Notes: a model not told the origin generated them from the letters alone. A stretch of DNA of 64,000 nt from Eledone cirrhosa (GCA_964016885.1 OZ024741.1:115134001-115198000), one strand, 5' to 3'; counted from the stretch's first letter, positions 1 to 13,967 are shown. Made by a program: numbers and translations.

Positions 1-434
1 AACTCACAAAATTTGCCACCTTTCTGTAAAAAAAAGCATTTATCTCGAATAAAGCCTTCTGAGATTTTCATTTAGAAGCAATGATTTTAAACCTCAGACA
101 TAACGCATTTTTTTTTTGTTTTTCATGTCCATCCAATTTCTTTGTTTCAAAATAACTGATAGTTTGGTTACGCTGATGTTTTTCTCTGAGACAAGTGTTG
201 CAGTGTTTACATTTTCGATTTTTGTTAATAGATTACCAGTGCAGTTTTTATCCCCAGCATCATCTTTTGTTTTAACATTCGGGTTATGGTTATGTTTTCT
301 TAGCTTCATAAGGCATACTGTTGGTTGAGGGAAATATTAATAAAAAGTACCACATGAAAGTCTACACTGTAGACTCTACAGTTTTTAAGCCAAGAAAGGA
401 ACTTAACATTGTATTTTTAACACAGCTACTGAGC

Positions 435-466
435 AGCCCCGAGCAACGCCGGGCTTTACTGCTAGT
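435..466 (+). mobile_element. Helitron-like 3' terminus (GC hairpin + CTAG|T)
   Basis: CCCGAGCAACGCCGGG hairpin (438-453), then CTAG at 462-465 followed by T. This is the canonical Helitron 3' end layout. No Rep/Hel ORF is seen. Confidence 0.55.
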
Positions 467-1421
467 TAGCTTTAAATTTTCTGTTTCATTTCACCAATTT
501 GAGAGTAATTTTCGTTGATGTTCATGAGATTTATCTGATCTTTACACCAGTCATTTCTAGCGATTAACAATTACTCGCTGCACATTATAATCAATATAGT
601 ATCCTACACTTAACTATCGAGCTTTGTAAATGAAATTATTTATTTCATCGGGACGTTTAATGAAAAATATGTAATCATGAAAAATCTCCTTGTTTTTAAA
701 ACTCATACTTTAACTGAAAATGTTTCTTTAAATAGAAGAGTTTTGTTGTATGCTTGAAACCTTGTGGATTATACTTAATGCATTCCTAAATTCGTTAGCG
801 ACCGTTCCTAAATAACTCCTTTTAAAACATTATTTTATACGCTGTTCTTGAAAATGTAATGCTTGAAAATTTATATACTGTTCTTGAAAATTTAATGACG
901 CCAGTGACATTCCATATTATTATAACAAATATAGTGTGCAGCTCATGTAAAATGATTAAAAAACAAACAACAGCATAAAGTAGGAAAACGTATCAACTGA
1001 AAAGAAAACTACATTCTAGAGGAGTACTTGTTTATGACATAAGTCGTAAATTATGGATACTTAATAACACAATTAATAACAATGAATGCAACGGTGTAGT
1101 TTTGTTTGAAATATTTGTAATAACACTCTCATAGTCATCGTTTGTGCAGAGACATTAAAACGTAGGACTGAATGCTTTACAATATACGTTGCGGCTCTAT
1201 GCGTCTTCTGAGTTCATAAACTCGCCATGGTTAACTTTGAATTTTATGATTTCTAATTCGCTTAAAAATGTACCAGTTCAGTATTGGATGGAATCTTCCT
1301 CTATATCTTGTTCTCATTTCCTCTCTCTGCCCACTCTCCTTCTCTGGAAAAACCGGATGTGATCAGACCTGGAGAGAGGATGGGCTCAAAAAAGTTTAAA
1401 ACATGACACTATCATGTTATA

Positions 1422-2234
1422 TTAAGTACTTTCAACCGCAATAAACATATTTGTAAGGAACCTAATGTTGAATGGTTCCGAAATGGAACCATTCTCTCTC
1501 ACCACAAAGCAGATGTCTCTGTGCATTGCGGTGATCCAGCCCCTGAAAACGGGCCTGAAGCCGGCTGCCTTGGCGACAGCCTCCAGATATCGATGGTCAG
1601 TCCTATCGAAAGCTTTCGATTGATCTAAATTAATCTGGGCTCCATCCGTGATAGGTTCCTTAGCTACCTTCTCCATGATGTATCGCATGAGCTGAAGGTT
1701 GTCGTGGATGGAACTGTTTGAGATGGCACATGCCTGCGCCTCCCCCACTAGACTACTGACGACAAAAACCAAACTAAATCTTAAATTATCGATATTGTTC
1801 TCCTTGTTTGGTGCTTTTCTCAGCAGCGCCACTTTTCCACGGCTTACAGAACTGAGAATTCTAGTATCTAGCTGCCAGTTGCAGTAGACGTCTGCCAAGA
1901 GGTCATCGAGCAAGTCTGGCATATAAACATAAAGCTCGTAGGGTAGACCATCCAATCCAGGCGATTTGTTCCTCGTGCATACAGTCATCGCCTCTCGTAT
2001 TTCAGCGGCTGTTATCGGTTTTTCGCAACACTCTGCCTCAGTGGCCGAGACCCGCAACAGGCTGTCTAAGCATGCACTAAAGTCCACCTCACGATCTGGC
2101 CCACCACTGCCCCTGAACAACTGTGTGACGTGCTGCTGAAAAGCCACACACATTCGCTCGGGATAGAGTAACATGCGCTCGTCGTGGTCCGCCAAAGACT
2201 GGATTGCGAAATTGTTTCCACGCCGTGCCTCCAC
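1422..2234 (-). pseudogene. LINE ORF2 reverse transcriptase fragment
   Basis: KSPGLDGLPYELY and INLDQSKAFDR motifs typical of L1/Tx1 RT. The fragment ends before the YADD motif. Confidence 0.85.
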
Positions 2235-2491
2235 CTCTCGGGCCCATCGAACGGCATTCGTCCCTCGTGTCTAAGAGTATGTATGCAACCTACCTCTGAC
2301 AACGCAGCCTTCGTGCTTCGCAGCGTCGTTCTAGTGACAAGACTGGCCTTCAAGGACAGTCTTGCCACTAGCACGTTGCTTGTCTTGCCTTTCAAAAATT
2401 CCTCTTCTAGCTTTCTAACTAGCTCACCAACTAATCTAGTTTTTTTATTGCCTCCTTTACTAAACCCTATTGATTCTACTCTAATTGCCTA

Positions 2492-2637
2492 GTGAAGGCG
2501 CATGGCTTAGTGGTTAGAGCATTGTGCTTGCAATCGAAAGGTTGTGAGTTCAATTCGCGGACCGGATGAGGTGTTGTTTCCTAGAGCAAGATACTTTATT
2601 TCACATTGCTCTAGTTTACTCAGCTGTAGAAATGAGA
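2492..2637 (+). mobile_element. tRNA-derived SINE (family 2) inserted in the LINE
   Basis: A box TGGCTTAGTGG and B box GAGTTCAATTC. Related copies lie at 13290-13487 (-) and 53717-54032 (+). Confidence 0.75.
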
Positions 2638-3093
2638 TGATAGGACTCGGGTCCCTATCATTAAATTACCCAAGACACCTCCAACGAGATATACCTTGGA
2701 GGAGGCCAGCTAAACCTGCATAGGTGTGAGCTGACACACACACACACACACAATTGCCCTTTACAGGATAAACCACTATTCGTTCTTGACAATTTCTTGC
2801 GCCAACGCCCGCTTAACTAATTCACTAATCCGGTCTCTGTAGACCTTGCGCACCGGAAGGACGCGTTCAGCTTCCAGTAACCGGGATAATGTCTATGACG
2901 CCTATCTAAGGCAACTGTATAGATACCAAATTTGTTATCTCTGTAGTCGTCTATTTTGCAATGGAGACAGCTTATGCTAGCCTTATATACCTCCCTACAA
3001 ATATTCTATCTAGATACGATCTGAATGACCCGATGCGGATTTCCATGTCCAGATTGGCACATTCGGGAAATCCAGTCGGTAACTCTCCCCTAG

Positions 3094-3576
3094 CTAGCCC
3101 ACACAATCCCAGCGTGTGTCTAAGACACCGTACCAGTTGCCCACAAACACCAGAAAGGTATCAAGGTGCCTGACAAAATCAGGTCGTCCTGCACCAGTCG
3201 GGCCATAGATAACCACTAGCCCGAAAGCATAGCCTTCGCTGCTAGTCACGTTCAGAACAACCAACTTACCTTGTGAGTCCAGGAAGATGATCCGTATCGT
3301 GATATCCAGGCCTTTCCGAAACAACACAGCGATTCTGTCCCCAGATCCTGGCTGGCTTCGAGATGCGTATACCCCATAGCCGCCGAAAATTGATGCGAAG
3401 ACTTGTGCGTCGTAAATTCTTGTTCTGTTGATGGCCACCACATCTATTTTCATTGACTTGAAGTCATTGATCAGATGACCCTGCGTCCGTGACGACCCCA
3501 TGCCACGTGCATTTATACTGCCTATTTTGAGTAAGGCCATGTTGAATGAAGAGTGGGAAAGAGTGAGAAAGACCAT
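3094..3576 (-). pseudogene. LINE ORF2 APE endonuclease fragment
   Basis: LKIGSINARG, IAVLFRK, VIYGP and VGNWYGVLD resemble APE motifs (NxRG, GVAIL, YAP, GDFN). Confidence 0.8.
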
Positions 3577-3647
3577 TTACCTCAATCCTTTTGAGGATGG
3601 ACGGTTGCTCCATCCTTCCGGCAAGTTGTGGGTTCTTTTACAATAAT

Positions 3648-3820
3648 TGTTTCTACTTTAGGCACAAGGCCAGCAATTATGCCAGTGTATTACTGGTACT
3701 TTATTTTATAGACCCCGTAAGGATGAAAGGCAAAGTGAACCTCGGCGGGATTTGAACTCAGACCATCAAGGGGCGTAACTCTATGCGTCAAAGCATGGCG
3801 TCCGACGTTCTACCGATACT
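3648..3820 (-). mobile_element. tRNA-derived SINE (family 1) with 17-bp TSD
   Basis: B box GAGTTCAAATCC on the minus strand. GGTTCTTTTACAATAAT is duplicated at 3631-3647 and 3821-3837. Confidence 0.85.
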
Positions 3821-4420
3821 GGTTCTTTTACAATAATGTATGTATGTGTATATTCTTCTTGATATTGGGTGTTATGTAGTTTGTTTCTGATAGGCTGGTG
3901 TTATATGGCATGTATTGGAGTAAATTTGTATTGTTAATGCTTATTGCTTTTTGAAATTGTCTGATTCTGTGAGCGAATTGTCCATTGTCCACTTTTTCTT
4001 TTTTTTTTCTCAGTTTGCCACTCCCCTAACGGCTACACTATATGTCCGAGTGTGCCATGTCTGGGAGAGGCATGTCTCATATTTCTGGTGTTGTTATTAT
4101 TGGTGTAGATTCTGGCGTGGTGGATGGTTGTAGCGCTCCTACTGCTGTTTCTGCTACTGTTGTTGTTGTTGACGTTGCTGGTATTGTGGCCGCTGATGGT
4201 GCCAGTGTGGGATGCAGCGTAGGCAGGAGAGCGGGTTTTGTTATTTGCTGAGGACAGAATGTTTTAAGAGCGTGTTGTGCAAATTTGATCTTCTGTCTCA
4301 GCGGTCACAGGGATGTGGGTGCAGTCCACATAATGTATTATATCTGGGATAGTTTCTATAATGACTTGCTTGGTTTGGATTAGAAGTTACATCCCAGACC
4401 CTGGCCAGATTTCAGTTTTT

Positions 4421-4847
4421 TTATATTTGTACTGCGAATATTTGAGTGATCACCTCAACGTTCATGAGGACCGCAGCAACTAGCCAGGGAATAGCTATTG
4501 TAGGAAGTACATGGCTCACTCTAATTTTTATTAGTCTTTGGCCACAATACGTCGGCAGAAGAGGGATTTCTTCCATTTTGAGTGGTGTGAGGGAGTCTCT
4601 TCTCTCTTCTTCTGGTGTTTCGAAGAGTACGTCCACTGTCCCAAATCCTCTGATTCGGGTGATATGGGTTTTGCGTTTCCACACAACCCAAATCCTTTTG
4701 GATCTGTGACTCAATGGCTCGCTCTTTCCGGTGTGACTTCACTCCAATTGTACGGTATGTTACCGCACAACATCGCACGTTTTCCAGCACGTCAGTTGGA
4801 GGCGAAAGACTGACTCTATGACCCATCGTTTCCAGCATTTGTTTCAT
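4421..4847 (-). pseudogene. Putative LINE ORF1 fragments (frameshifted)
   Basis: Two overlapping ORFs upstream of the APE domain on the same strand, with an RRM-like stretch GFGTVDVLFETPEE...KIRVSHV. Confidence 0.5.
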
Positions 4848-5599
4848 CTCCCTTACTTTTACTACTATGACTTCTCTGTTTCTTGTTGCTCCTGCGAAGG
4901 AAACGGCTCTTTTAGTTATATTAGGGGGAGGGCGTCACACATGGGCCTGCATTGTTATTGTTGCTGCAGCTGCTGCTGCTGTTGTTGTTGTTCATGTTGC
5001 TGTGGCAATTTGTGCTGTCGTTCTTGTCTGTCTGTGTTACTGTTATTTTTATTGTTTGCTTCTGTTAAATTTATTGTTGAATTATTGATGTTGTTACTGT
5101 AATCGTTGTCCATGTTCTTATTTTTTTATGTTCTCGTAGTTGTCTGTGTTGGTTTTAATTTTTATTTTTATTTCAGCTGTTGTTGTAGTGGTGGTGTTAG
5201 ATGTGCTTGCCATCGTCGTGGTGATGGAGATGGCAGCGTTCATATATGTAAATATTGGCAAAAGTGGAAAATCTATTTTGTTTGCAGTTGTTGCACGAGA
5301 TACATTTTGATTATTATTCTTGTTGTTGTTGTTGTTGTTGTTTTCAGCGATGCTGTCTGTAGTGTGGCAATCATAACATTGTTCCTAATTGTGGAGGTCG
5401 CTTATCTTTGGACGGCGTATTCTGTCCACAGTTTAAGAATAAAGTTAAAATATTTGGGTTCATGGCCTAAATATTATAGAGTCTCTTTTTCACAGGGCAA
5501 AGACAGAGGTCTTATGATCTCTTTGCAATAAAAAATATATAATAAAATACAAATTAAACAACTTAAATGTACGTCTTCACAGGCCAAACAACAAAGATA

Positions 5600-5815
5600 G
5601 TAATAATTGTTTCTATTTTAGGCACAAGGCCAACAATTTGAAGGGGAGGGGAAAGTCGATTAAATCAACCCAGTACATTACTGGTACTTTATTTTATCGA
5701 CCCCATAAGGATGAAAAGCAAAGCTAACTTCGGTGGGTTTTGAACTCAGACCGTAAAAGGGCCGTAACTCTATGCTGCAGAGCATGGCGTCCGACCCTCT
5801 ACCGATACTGCCAAT
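5600..5815 (-). mobile_element. tRNA-derived SINE (family 1)
   Basis: Same blocks as 3648-3820 (GGCACAAGGCC, CTGGTACTTTATTTTATCGACCCC, TTTGAACTCAG). Confidence 0.8.
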
Positions 5816-6653
5816 TAATGACGATGATGATGATGATAATGCTGATGATGACGACGATTATTGTTTGTATCTCAGGTACATGTCAGAAATTTCCGAAATC
5901 GTTACTAATACCCGAGTGGTACTTCCGTTTATCAACCTCGGGAATTGTGTGATGAATTATTTTATTTATCCTAGAATAAAAGGCAAAATTGGGCGGAGTA
6001 AACCTCGCCTGAGGAAGGTGTCTCATGCGGTGGTATGGTGGATGCAGCGTGTGTCATTTCTTGTCAAAATATCTTTGCCGTTTTTACCGTGGGGCGCAAC
6101 TGAAATATATCGCCTCAATAGAGTCTGTCACTCCATCCCCATTTCCCCTTACTATTATTATTTAATTTATCTCTTCTTTTTCATTTCAAATATTATAGAA
6201 TTTAATTGAAATTTGTTAAATTGTTTCTACTTTTTGGCACAAGGCCAGCAATTACCTCAGTGCATTACTGGTACTTTATTAAATAAAATGTATTACTTCC
6301 AAAGGCAAAGTTGTCTTTTAAATTTTGTTACGCTTTCACAAATAAAATGACTTCAAAACATAGAATCAAATGTATGTGTTATTTGGTAATGTTTATGAAT
6401 AGAATCACTCCATGTGTCGGGTAAGATGAATGTTTACTATAAATATTTAGAATTTTATTTATTTCGTTTCTTGTTAAATAATTATGCATATATCCATACA
6501 GAATACGCATGATTACTCGCATGCACCAAGCAAGCAAAGACTTTCGACCTCCTGGCAACATTCTTTTCATTACATCTATGCATATATGATTCAACCCACC
6601 CAATACGGTTATGTTATTCGCTTAAGGCGACATTTATGTTTATGTGTAAAAAG

Positions 6654-6685
6654 ATATATATATATATATATATGCACACACACAT

Positions 6686-6745
<60 letters not shown>

Positions 6746-6746
6746 A

Positions 6747-6825
<79 letters not shown>
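6654..6825. repeat. Compound microsatellite (TA)n(CA)n(TA)n(GA)n
   Basis: Directly visible. Confidence 0.95.
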
Positions 6826-6831
<6 letters not shown>

Positions 6832-6949
6832 ATGGAAAATATAACTTGGCTCTTAAAATGACTAGATAAACAGTCATTGAGCTATTCGATTCAACACAGC
6901 GAGATATCGCGTTCTCAATTTTTACCGTTATTTTCGTTACATATGTATG

Positions 6950-7960
6950 GTTTGTTTACAAAAAATTTAAAAGAACGTTGATGTCGAGTGTCAGGAACGT
7001 TGTTGTGTAGCACTAAAATTATTAACTTAAGTCTTTTCTTTAAGTTTATTTGTTGATTGTTAACCTCCATCTGTGTTGATACAATACTTACCAGTAATGT
7101 AATAAATTCATTTCCATAGATTTTTACATATAGCCTTTAGATTTATGATTGTGTCAAATACAATGTACTAATTTGGTAGTGAAAATTGCAACGCTGTCCT
7201 AGCTGGAGACTAATTCGCTCTTGGCTAAAAAAAGTTATTAATCGTTTCTTAACTTTTATCTATTCTGCAGTCGCTTAATATGACCTGCATGGATTCGTAT
7301 TGGAAAGCTTTGGACATCTGCCAAAATCAAGAATCTTTCTTCACTTCTCTTGAAATACTGTTTGAATTTGTTGAGGTATTGGCTATGACGTGGCTTTTAT
7401 TTTCATTGTTTTATCATAACACACTACAGCTGTATTTTAGCTTAGATTTTATTTATTTACGAATACTCTTGTTATTTCCTTTGCCTCCAAACAAATTTAT
7501 CTAACTGCAGCTTCTATTTTGTATTACTTTGTTTTGCTTTCTTGGAGAGAGAAACATTTTGATTTTATTCGTGTTGTATAAATTCGTATTAGGTATTCGT
7601 TTTTCTTCACCAGATATTCTTGTAGTTCTGTAACCTATATATTACAATAGTAATTTTCTAGTTATCCTTTCTGTATTCAGGGTAAATATAATCTTTCATT
7701 CTATAACATATTGTGGGTGTATATTTGTCTAGACTTGTTAGTTCGCATAGCTTTTAGTTGAGAATGTTATATCAATAAAATATTACCAAGTTATTTCAAG
7801 TATTGATGCTTATTATTTTTCCAGTTTCCCCTTGCTTTTCAGCTGCTTTTTAAACATTCATCTTTAATGATCTTTCGTAACCTTTAGTGAATTTCTTTGT
7901 CTTGTACACTGTCTAATGCATAGATTCCTAACGATTTTGACGTATGTTTGATACTCTTCT
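6950..7960 (-). mobile_element. Possible old, heavily decayed Penelope-like 3' fragment
   Basis: Minus-strand translation shows faint similarity to the PLE linker and GIY-YIG region (KLKYSC, VKKRLI). Many stops; weak support. Confidence 0.3.
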
Positions 7961-7994
7961 CTTTTCTTTGTTTCTTTATCTGGCATTTTAATAA

Positions 7995-10900
7995 TATCAT
8001 TATTATCCTTTCTTCGCTCAGCTTCTAACGCTGAAAATGTATTAGGTGTTCACTACCAGTGAACTGCGGTAGCACCTCTCATTTTTCGTGTACTCCGCGG
8101 AGTATTCGAGCTGTTTCAAGCAATCGGTTTTTGTAAGTGTTCTATCCGTATTGCTATTCCTATTTGTTGAATGTACTTTTCAAGATCTCTACTCACTGTT
8201 TCCAAGACTCCAACTATTATTGGTATTACCACCACCTTTTTCAGTGACCACAACTGCTTAACTTCCCAAGCTAACCAGTCATATCTATCAATTCAATTTT
8301 TTCCTTCTTTATCGCATATCTTGTAATCAGCTGGACAGGTTATATCTATGATCCAGCAGCGTTTGCTTTCTTTCTCAATTAGTACAATATCTGATGTCCT
8401 ATATTCAATCTTATGGTCACACTGTATCACAAAGTCCCACCGGATCTTTGCATTAACATTTTCGATAACGCGCACTAGGTTATGTTCATATCACTTTTCT
8501 GCTGTCAAGTGCATAAAAGCCACAAAGTGCCCAATGGACTAACCTTTCTAGGTTGACGTTATATCTCATATATTCTTTCTGAGCTAGTGGTGTGCATTGA
8601 CAGGTACTATGCCATACAGTATCTCCATTCATGCCACAAATTCTGCTGTGTGGTCTATTCTATGCTTGATACATTTAGTTCTTAATGCTTGTTCTTGTGC
8701 TGCACAGATTACGGCTTCTGTTTCCGGCTTTATATCACTTTTAGCCATCCTTGTTTCTTTGTCTGTCCTATCTTCAACATTTTTATGGAATTGTCCATAC
8801 ATATTTTTTTCTGTCCATCTACTTTCAGTTTCATCCATCTTCAAATTCTTGAACTGGGTTTTTTCTTTTATTCTATTTTGCACAGCCTTTACCTTCTTCC
8901 TTCCAATAATAGGCGTTCTGTGGAATTTTTTATGTACCACACCATTATATTTTCTTCTATTCTAATGCTGTCTTTGTCCCCCATCAGTCCTCTTCCTCAC
9001 ATTTTTCTTGGTACATATATCGTTCTTTGGGTGAAATACTCCATATCTAGTCAATATCTTTCTTGTCTTTCGGTCTAAACTGTTTAGTTCTTCCACTGTC
9101 CACGTGATCACCCCACCCCTTATCTAAGAAACGATACCATCCACGTATTGATAGCTTCCATTTTATTCCGTCTGTTCAGTTTCGACTTGTGAATAAGCTC
9201 CTACATTATCTTATCAACCAAAGTACTTATAGCCTTCTTCTATTTGCTTCATAACCTTCTCTGATGGCAGCACCAACCCCTCAATGTCTTTTATTTTGCC
9301 TCTGTTCAAGATTAACACACCACCATTTTTTAACCCGAACTCTATTCTGATGTCAGCATTAAAAGTATATACTGTATCAAAGATAGGACCAAGCTGGGAT
9401 TCATTCTTACCATAAAGCTTGACGTCGTTAATGAATAATAAATAACTGATTTTTTGCTGGTAACTTTTGAATTCACACCTTAGCTTTTCTCAAGATCATT
9501 GTCAGTGATATCATGCACAATACAAACATCAGTGGTGACAGGTTGTCCCCTTCGAATATACTTCTATTGATTTCTATTGTTCCTAAATTTCTTCCATATA
9601 CTGTCAGTTCAGTCTTCCACTCTTTCATACTTTTCCTTAAGAATCTCTTAACATTTGATGCAATACCAAATAAGTTAATGTATTCCATAATCCAAGAATG
9701 CGGAATCATTTCACAGGCTTTGTGGTAATCGATGCACGTGATGGTCAAACTAGTTTTTTCTCCACTTGCTATTCTTAAGTATAGTTTTATCTATCAAAAG
9801 CTGGTCCTTTGTACCTCTGCACTTACGCTTGTACCGTTTCTGCTCATCTGGTAGAATTCCATTTTCTCCAAGATCCCTTACATTGATTCTGCGATTATTC
9901 CAGTCAACAATTTCAACACAGGTGGTAGGCATGTTATCTGTCTGTATTTGTCTAACGCATTCCCTTTAGTGGTTTCTTTTAAACACAAAACAGCCATGCT
10001 CTTTGTCAGCTACTCGGGTATCACCTGATCAGCATTTAGCAATATGTTGAGTTGATCTGTTATTCGTTCATGGTATTGAATACATCTGTTGATTCAGTAG
10101 CCTTGAACTGCATCTGGTCCCGGAGACTTCCAAGTTGCTAATATCTTTTTTCTGGCTTCCTTCATATCCCAAGCTGAAATGACTAGTTCTGACTATTGTG
10201 GGCAAACTGTTGTTTGTTTAAGTTCTAACCATTCAGCGTCCTTCTTGTGATCCCCCTCTTTACTCCAAATGCCGCTCCAATACTTTTGACTTTCAATGTT
10301 ATTCAGCATAATCACTTCACCTGTATACTCTCCATTTATTTCTCGGTAAAATCTATTTTGGTCTACTCTGAATAGTCTATTTTGATGATATTGCTTTATT
10401 CTTTTTTCGTATCTAGATCTATTTGCTTTTTCCTTTGCTATGAGACGTTGCTCGGGTTACTCCATTGCTACCTTTTGGCCCTTTCTTTCAATGTCATATT
10501 GCAGTACCCTGTATGTTTTTAATGTCAAAGCTCTTCCTTCTCTTTTCGGACTAGACAGAAATGTCCTTTAAGAGGGTATCTATAGTGACATGCATTCTCC
10601 TTTTCCACCATGGCTCTTTGTTTTGGTCTCCATTATTGTTTTTCTTTGTCTTAACATTTACACCCATATTTTCTGCTACGACAATGCTTGCTGACTTTAT
10701 CAGGTCCTTCGTGTCTGTGATGTTATTTGTTTTTATGCATTTCAGAACTTCATTCACCTTATATGTTTCTTGGTTCAGCTTGCATTGGTCAACCTACTTT
10801 AGGTTGCAAATAAGATTCCTATTGTCCTCCTGTAACCTTGCCTTTATTCTGTCGTACATTGCTTTCTGTTCACCTGTCATGTTTTCATTAATTTAATTGT

Positions 10901-11340
10901 CTTCCATACCATCTACATTTTTCTCTTCACTTTTGTCCTCTGCTGTAGTTTTCCTTTCCTCAGTAAGACCTCCATCTTCACCGTTTCTTTCACTGCTGTT
11001 CCCTGATTCTCGTTAGTTGATAGCTTCAAATTCAATTTCTGTCAACTTTTTTTTCGCCCTGGATTGGTCACACAACCCCTGCTCTGTGAGTTGAAACAAG
11101 CCTCTTTCTCTCCACTTTTTATGCATTCGTTGTCGGTATCCTTTGATAGGAACCTCATTTTCATCAATAGGATTGCTTAAGTAGTCACTCCATGAACACA
11201 ACATTTACTTGCTTACTCCATCTCCGTCGTGGTTGCTGGTTCATTGCTGAATAATAACCTGCTGAAACCAGACCAGGTACTCACCATCGAGAGTTAATCC
11301 CATTGTTCTCAAATTTGTTTTTTGACTTAACATAATCAGT
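7995..11340 (-). mobile_element. Decayed near full-length Dong/R4-type RLE non-LTR retrotransposon
   Basis: Collinear fragments PWWKRRM; [10 protein letters not shown]; IDYHKACEMIPHSWI and IFEGDNLSPLMF (RT); AAQEQALRT; WDFVIQCDHKIEYRTSDIVLIEK...IIDITCP (RLE). Confidence 0.85.
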
Positions 11341-11727
11341 AATATGAGGTAGAAACATTTGATTTAACGTACGAGGTAGCGATTATTAGGATGCACAACT
11401 ACCAGTGTTTTTATCGTGTCACAATTATTATTTGTATTACTATAAAGAAATCATTATCACCATCATAATTATCGAACTCATTATCACAATCACCATCACC
11501 ATCACCACCGTTATTATTATCACCATTATTGTAAAAAAAATGTTCTTTGGTGAAAATATCTGAAAATATATCTGCTACTTTGAGGGAAGTATTTATTTAA
11601 TTTTTTTAACCTATTGACCAGTAGTGGAATTATTATAATATTTTTGTGATCATTGCTGTTGTGGGTTGTGTTGGTGTTGTTATAATTATTATTATTATAC
11701 TGTCCCAGTCTTTCTTTCCTTTTCTTT

Positions 11728-12610
11728 ATATTATTATTATTATTTTTATTATTTCTAACGCTTTTGTTCTGTCAGGTATTACAGCTAAACTATACCAAAA
11801 CAGCAAACCATGGCCAATGGCCAAAGGTCCTTTGAGTAATTCCTTCTCCTTCATCTATTCTTAGAATTGTTGCTGTTCCCAGCAAGACTGTTTTCTGCAA
11901 CAATCCTATCCTGATGGTAATTGTTAGCTTCCCAAGCCATGCATCCAACCTTCTAATCGGTACCACTTCTACCTGTCTGATTCTCTACAGTTTCCTGATT
12001 TCCCTCTTCAGTTCCTGGTATTTCTCAACGTTCTCACTCCCCTTCTAATTCACCCTGTTTTCCCACGGCAAAGCAATATCCACAATACATGCCTTGATAT
12101 ACTTCTTTTCTACAACAATGTCAGGCTTTCTAGCCACAATAAAATGGTCTGACTGGATGGTCATGTCTCAACTTCTGCTCATATCATATATATGAGAGAG
12201 CTTCCAAAGAACCAATCTAGCAATGTTATCGTGCCTTCTCTTGTACTCTTTCTGAGCAAGCATATTCCATTCACTAACAATGTGGTTTATTGTCTCACTT
12301 TTCTCACCATACAGCCTACAAAGTGAGGAATTCATTGACCTGTCAATATTGAACTTGATATAGTTCGTTCACAGTGCTTGTTCCCCCGCTGCAAATATAA
12401 GGGCTTCATTTTCAACTTTTAAGTCACTTTTCCTAATCTATTCCCAGTTCTTATCTTTGTTAACTGTCTCAGGCATTTCACGTACGAATTGACCATACAT
12501 TTTTTCTTCCATCTATTCAATGTATCATTTTGTCTCTCTTGTTTAAATTCCCTCTTTTCCTTTGCTTAATCACTGTTTAAGATCTTTATCTTTCTTACTC
12601 CTGCCATTCA
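11728..12610 (-). mobile_element. 3' fragment of a second Dong/R4-type LINE with (TAA)n tail
   Basis: Minus-strand zinc knuckle/RHD and RLE region. Its 3' UTR matches 33555-33948 in reverse complement and ends in an (ATT)n tract on +. Confidence 0.75.
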
Positions 12611-12954
12611 TTCTCTCCTTTGAATTTATTGTTTGTTGTCGTTCAATCCCTCTCGAAGCATGTTGTTGTTGTTGTTGTTGTTGTTGTTCAATCGCTTCTC
12701 GAAGCAAATTCCTTTCACTGCATAGAACACAGCTATATTTGATTTACCTACATACAGATAGTTTCAGAAAATATGGATTATACTCATATAGTTTTTTTTA
12801 GATAAAGTAAAATAAGGTTTGTCTCTTTTTTTTTAGATAAGTTTTATTTCTTCTTTCATATTGTCTACCTACAGGAAAATGGCTACAAAAATATCGAGTG
12901 ATGCCTCCATCAAAAGAGAAGATTTACAATGACCAATAACAAATAAACAAAAAA

Positions 12955-13145
12955 AATAATGATTTCTACTTTCGGGGTTAGGAAAGCCGATTATATCGAT
13001 CCAGTACTTGACTGGTATTTATTTTACTGGAAGAATCAAAGGCAAAGTTGTTCTCGGTGGAATTTGAACTTAGAGGAAAAGAGATAGAAAAATACTGTTA
13101 CACATTTGTCCGACGGTCTAACGACCCAGCCAATCCAACGCCCTC
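12955..13145 (-). mobile_element. tRNA-derived SINE (family 1, diverged)
   Basis: CTGGTATTTATTTT, AAAGGCAAAGTTG and GGAATTTGAACT blocks. Confidence 0.7.
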
Positions 13146-13289
13146 ACAACATGACAAATAATAATAATTTATTTGTAATTTAATTGCACAGCAAAATAAT
13201 CAAAATAAACATGAAAGAAATAAAAATGAAATATCGACAGTCGATCGACAAGATCCCAGACCTCCTTCGCTTAACGAGTGGGGTGGATC

Positions 13290-13487
13290 TCATCAAATCG
13301 GACCAAGCAAACAATATTTCCATTAGTCTTTTCAATTGCTAATACTATCTGTCGGTCGCAAATCTAAGCAGATTGAGCAACGTGAAATGAAATGTTTTGC
13401 ATAACGCATCGCCTGGTCCGGGAATCGAAATCACAATCACACGAATGCGAATCCAATTCTCTAACCAGTCAGCCACACACATTCACA
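13290..13487 (-). mobile_element. tRNA-derived SINE (family 2, diverged)
   Basis: Reverse complement gives GTGAA..GTGGCTGACTGGTTAGAG...TTTCGATTCCCGGACC, as in 2492-2637. Confidence 0.65.
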
Positions 13488-13816
13488 AATGAAATATATT
13501 AACAGTTAAAAATTGAAAATTTTCTACTTAGGAACCTTGTTATTCTAAATGAATTGCAGGGCCCTTACTAGAAAATACGGAAGTTTCTAGTAAAAAGAAT
13601 GAAATTCGAATGTAGGTTGTATCCACCAACACATGTATATATATATATATATATGTAGATAAATCTACCAAAAGAACTCAATGTAATCCGGATATCATGA
13701 AAAGAGAAAATGCATTCAAAAACTACTTTCGGTGAAAAATAAACGGAAAACAGAGTCAAGATAAATTAATAAAATAATGAATAAACAAAGAAACAGTTCC
13801 TTATATTAAAAAAAAT

Positions 13817-13967
13817 TCATCATTTTACGATCGTTTCTAGGATATATATGTGTCAGAGTTTGTATGCATATTCTATAGATCTATGTACAATATTTACAAT
13901 ATTTATACAAACTATCAGAGGGAATATACCTACCTACACATATATATGCTGTCTTCAGAAATAATGA
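13817..13967 (-). ncRNA. Type I hammerhead ribozyme with very long stem II (PLE A, inverted arm)
   Basis: Minus strand: TCATTATTT-CTGAAGA-[stem II]-GAAAC-GATC-GTA-AAATGATGA. The base of stem II is imperfect. Confidence 0.65.

Larger units (their letters stand above)
1440..5500 (-). mobile_element. Decayed Tx1/L1-clade non-LTR retrotransposon (ORF1, APE endonuclease, RT), 3'-truncated; outer limits approximate
   Basis: Collinear minus-strand fragments of ORF1, APE and RT, interrupted by two SINEs. Confidence 0.8.

Noticed and set aside
2492-2570. tRNA genes at A/B-box sequences
   Set aside because: No complete cloverleaf; they continue into repeated SINE bodies.
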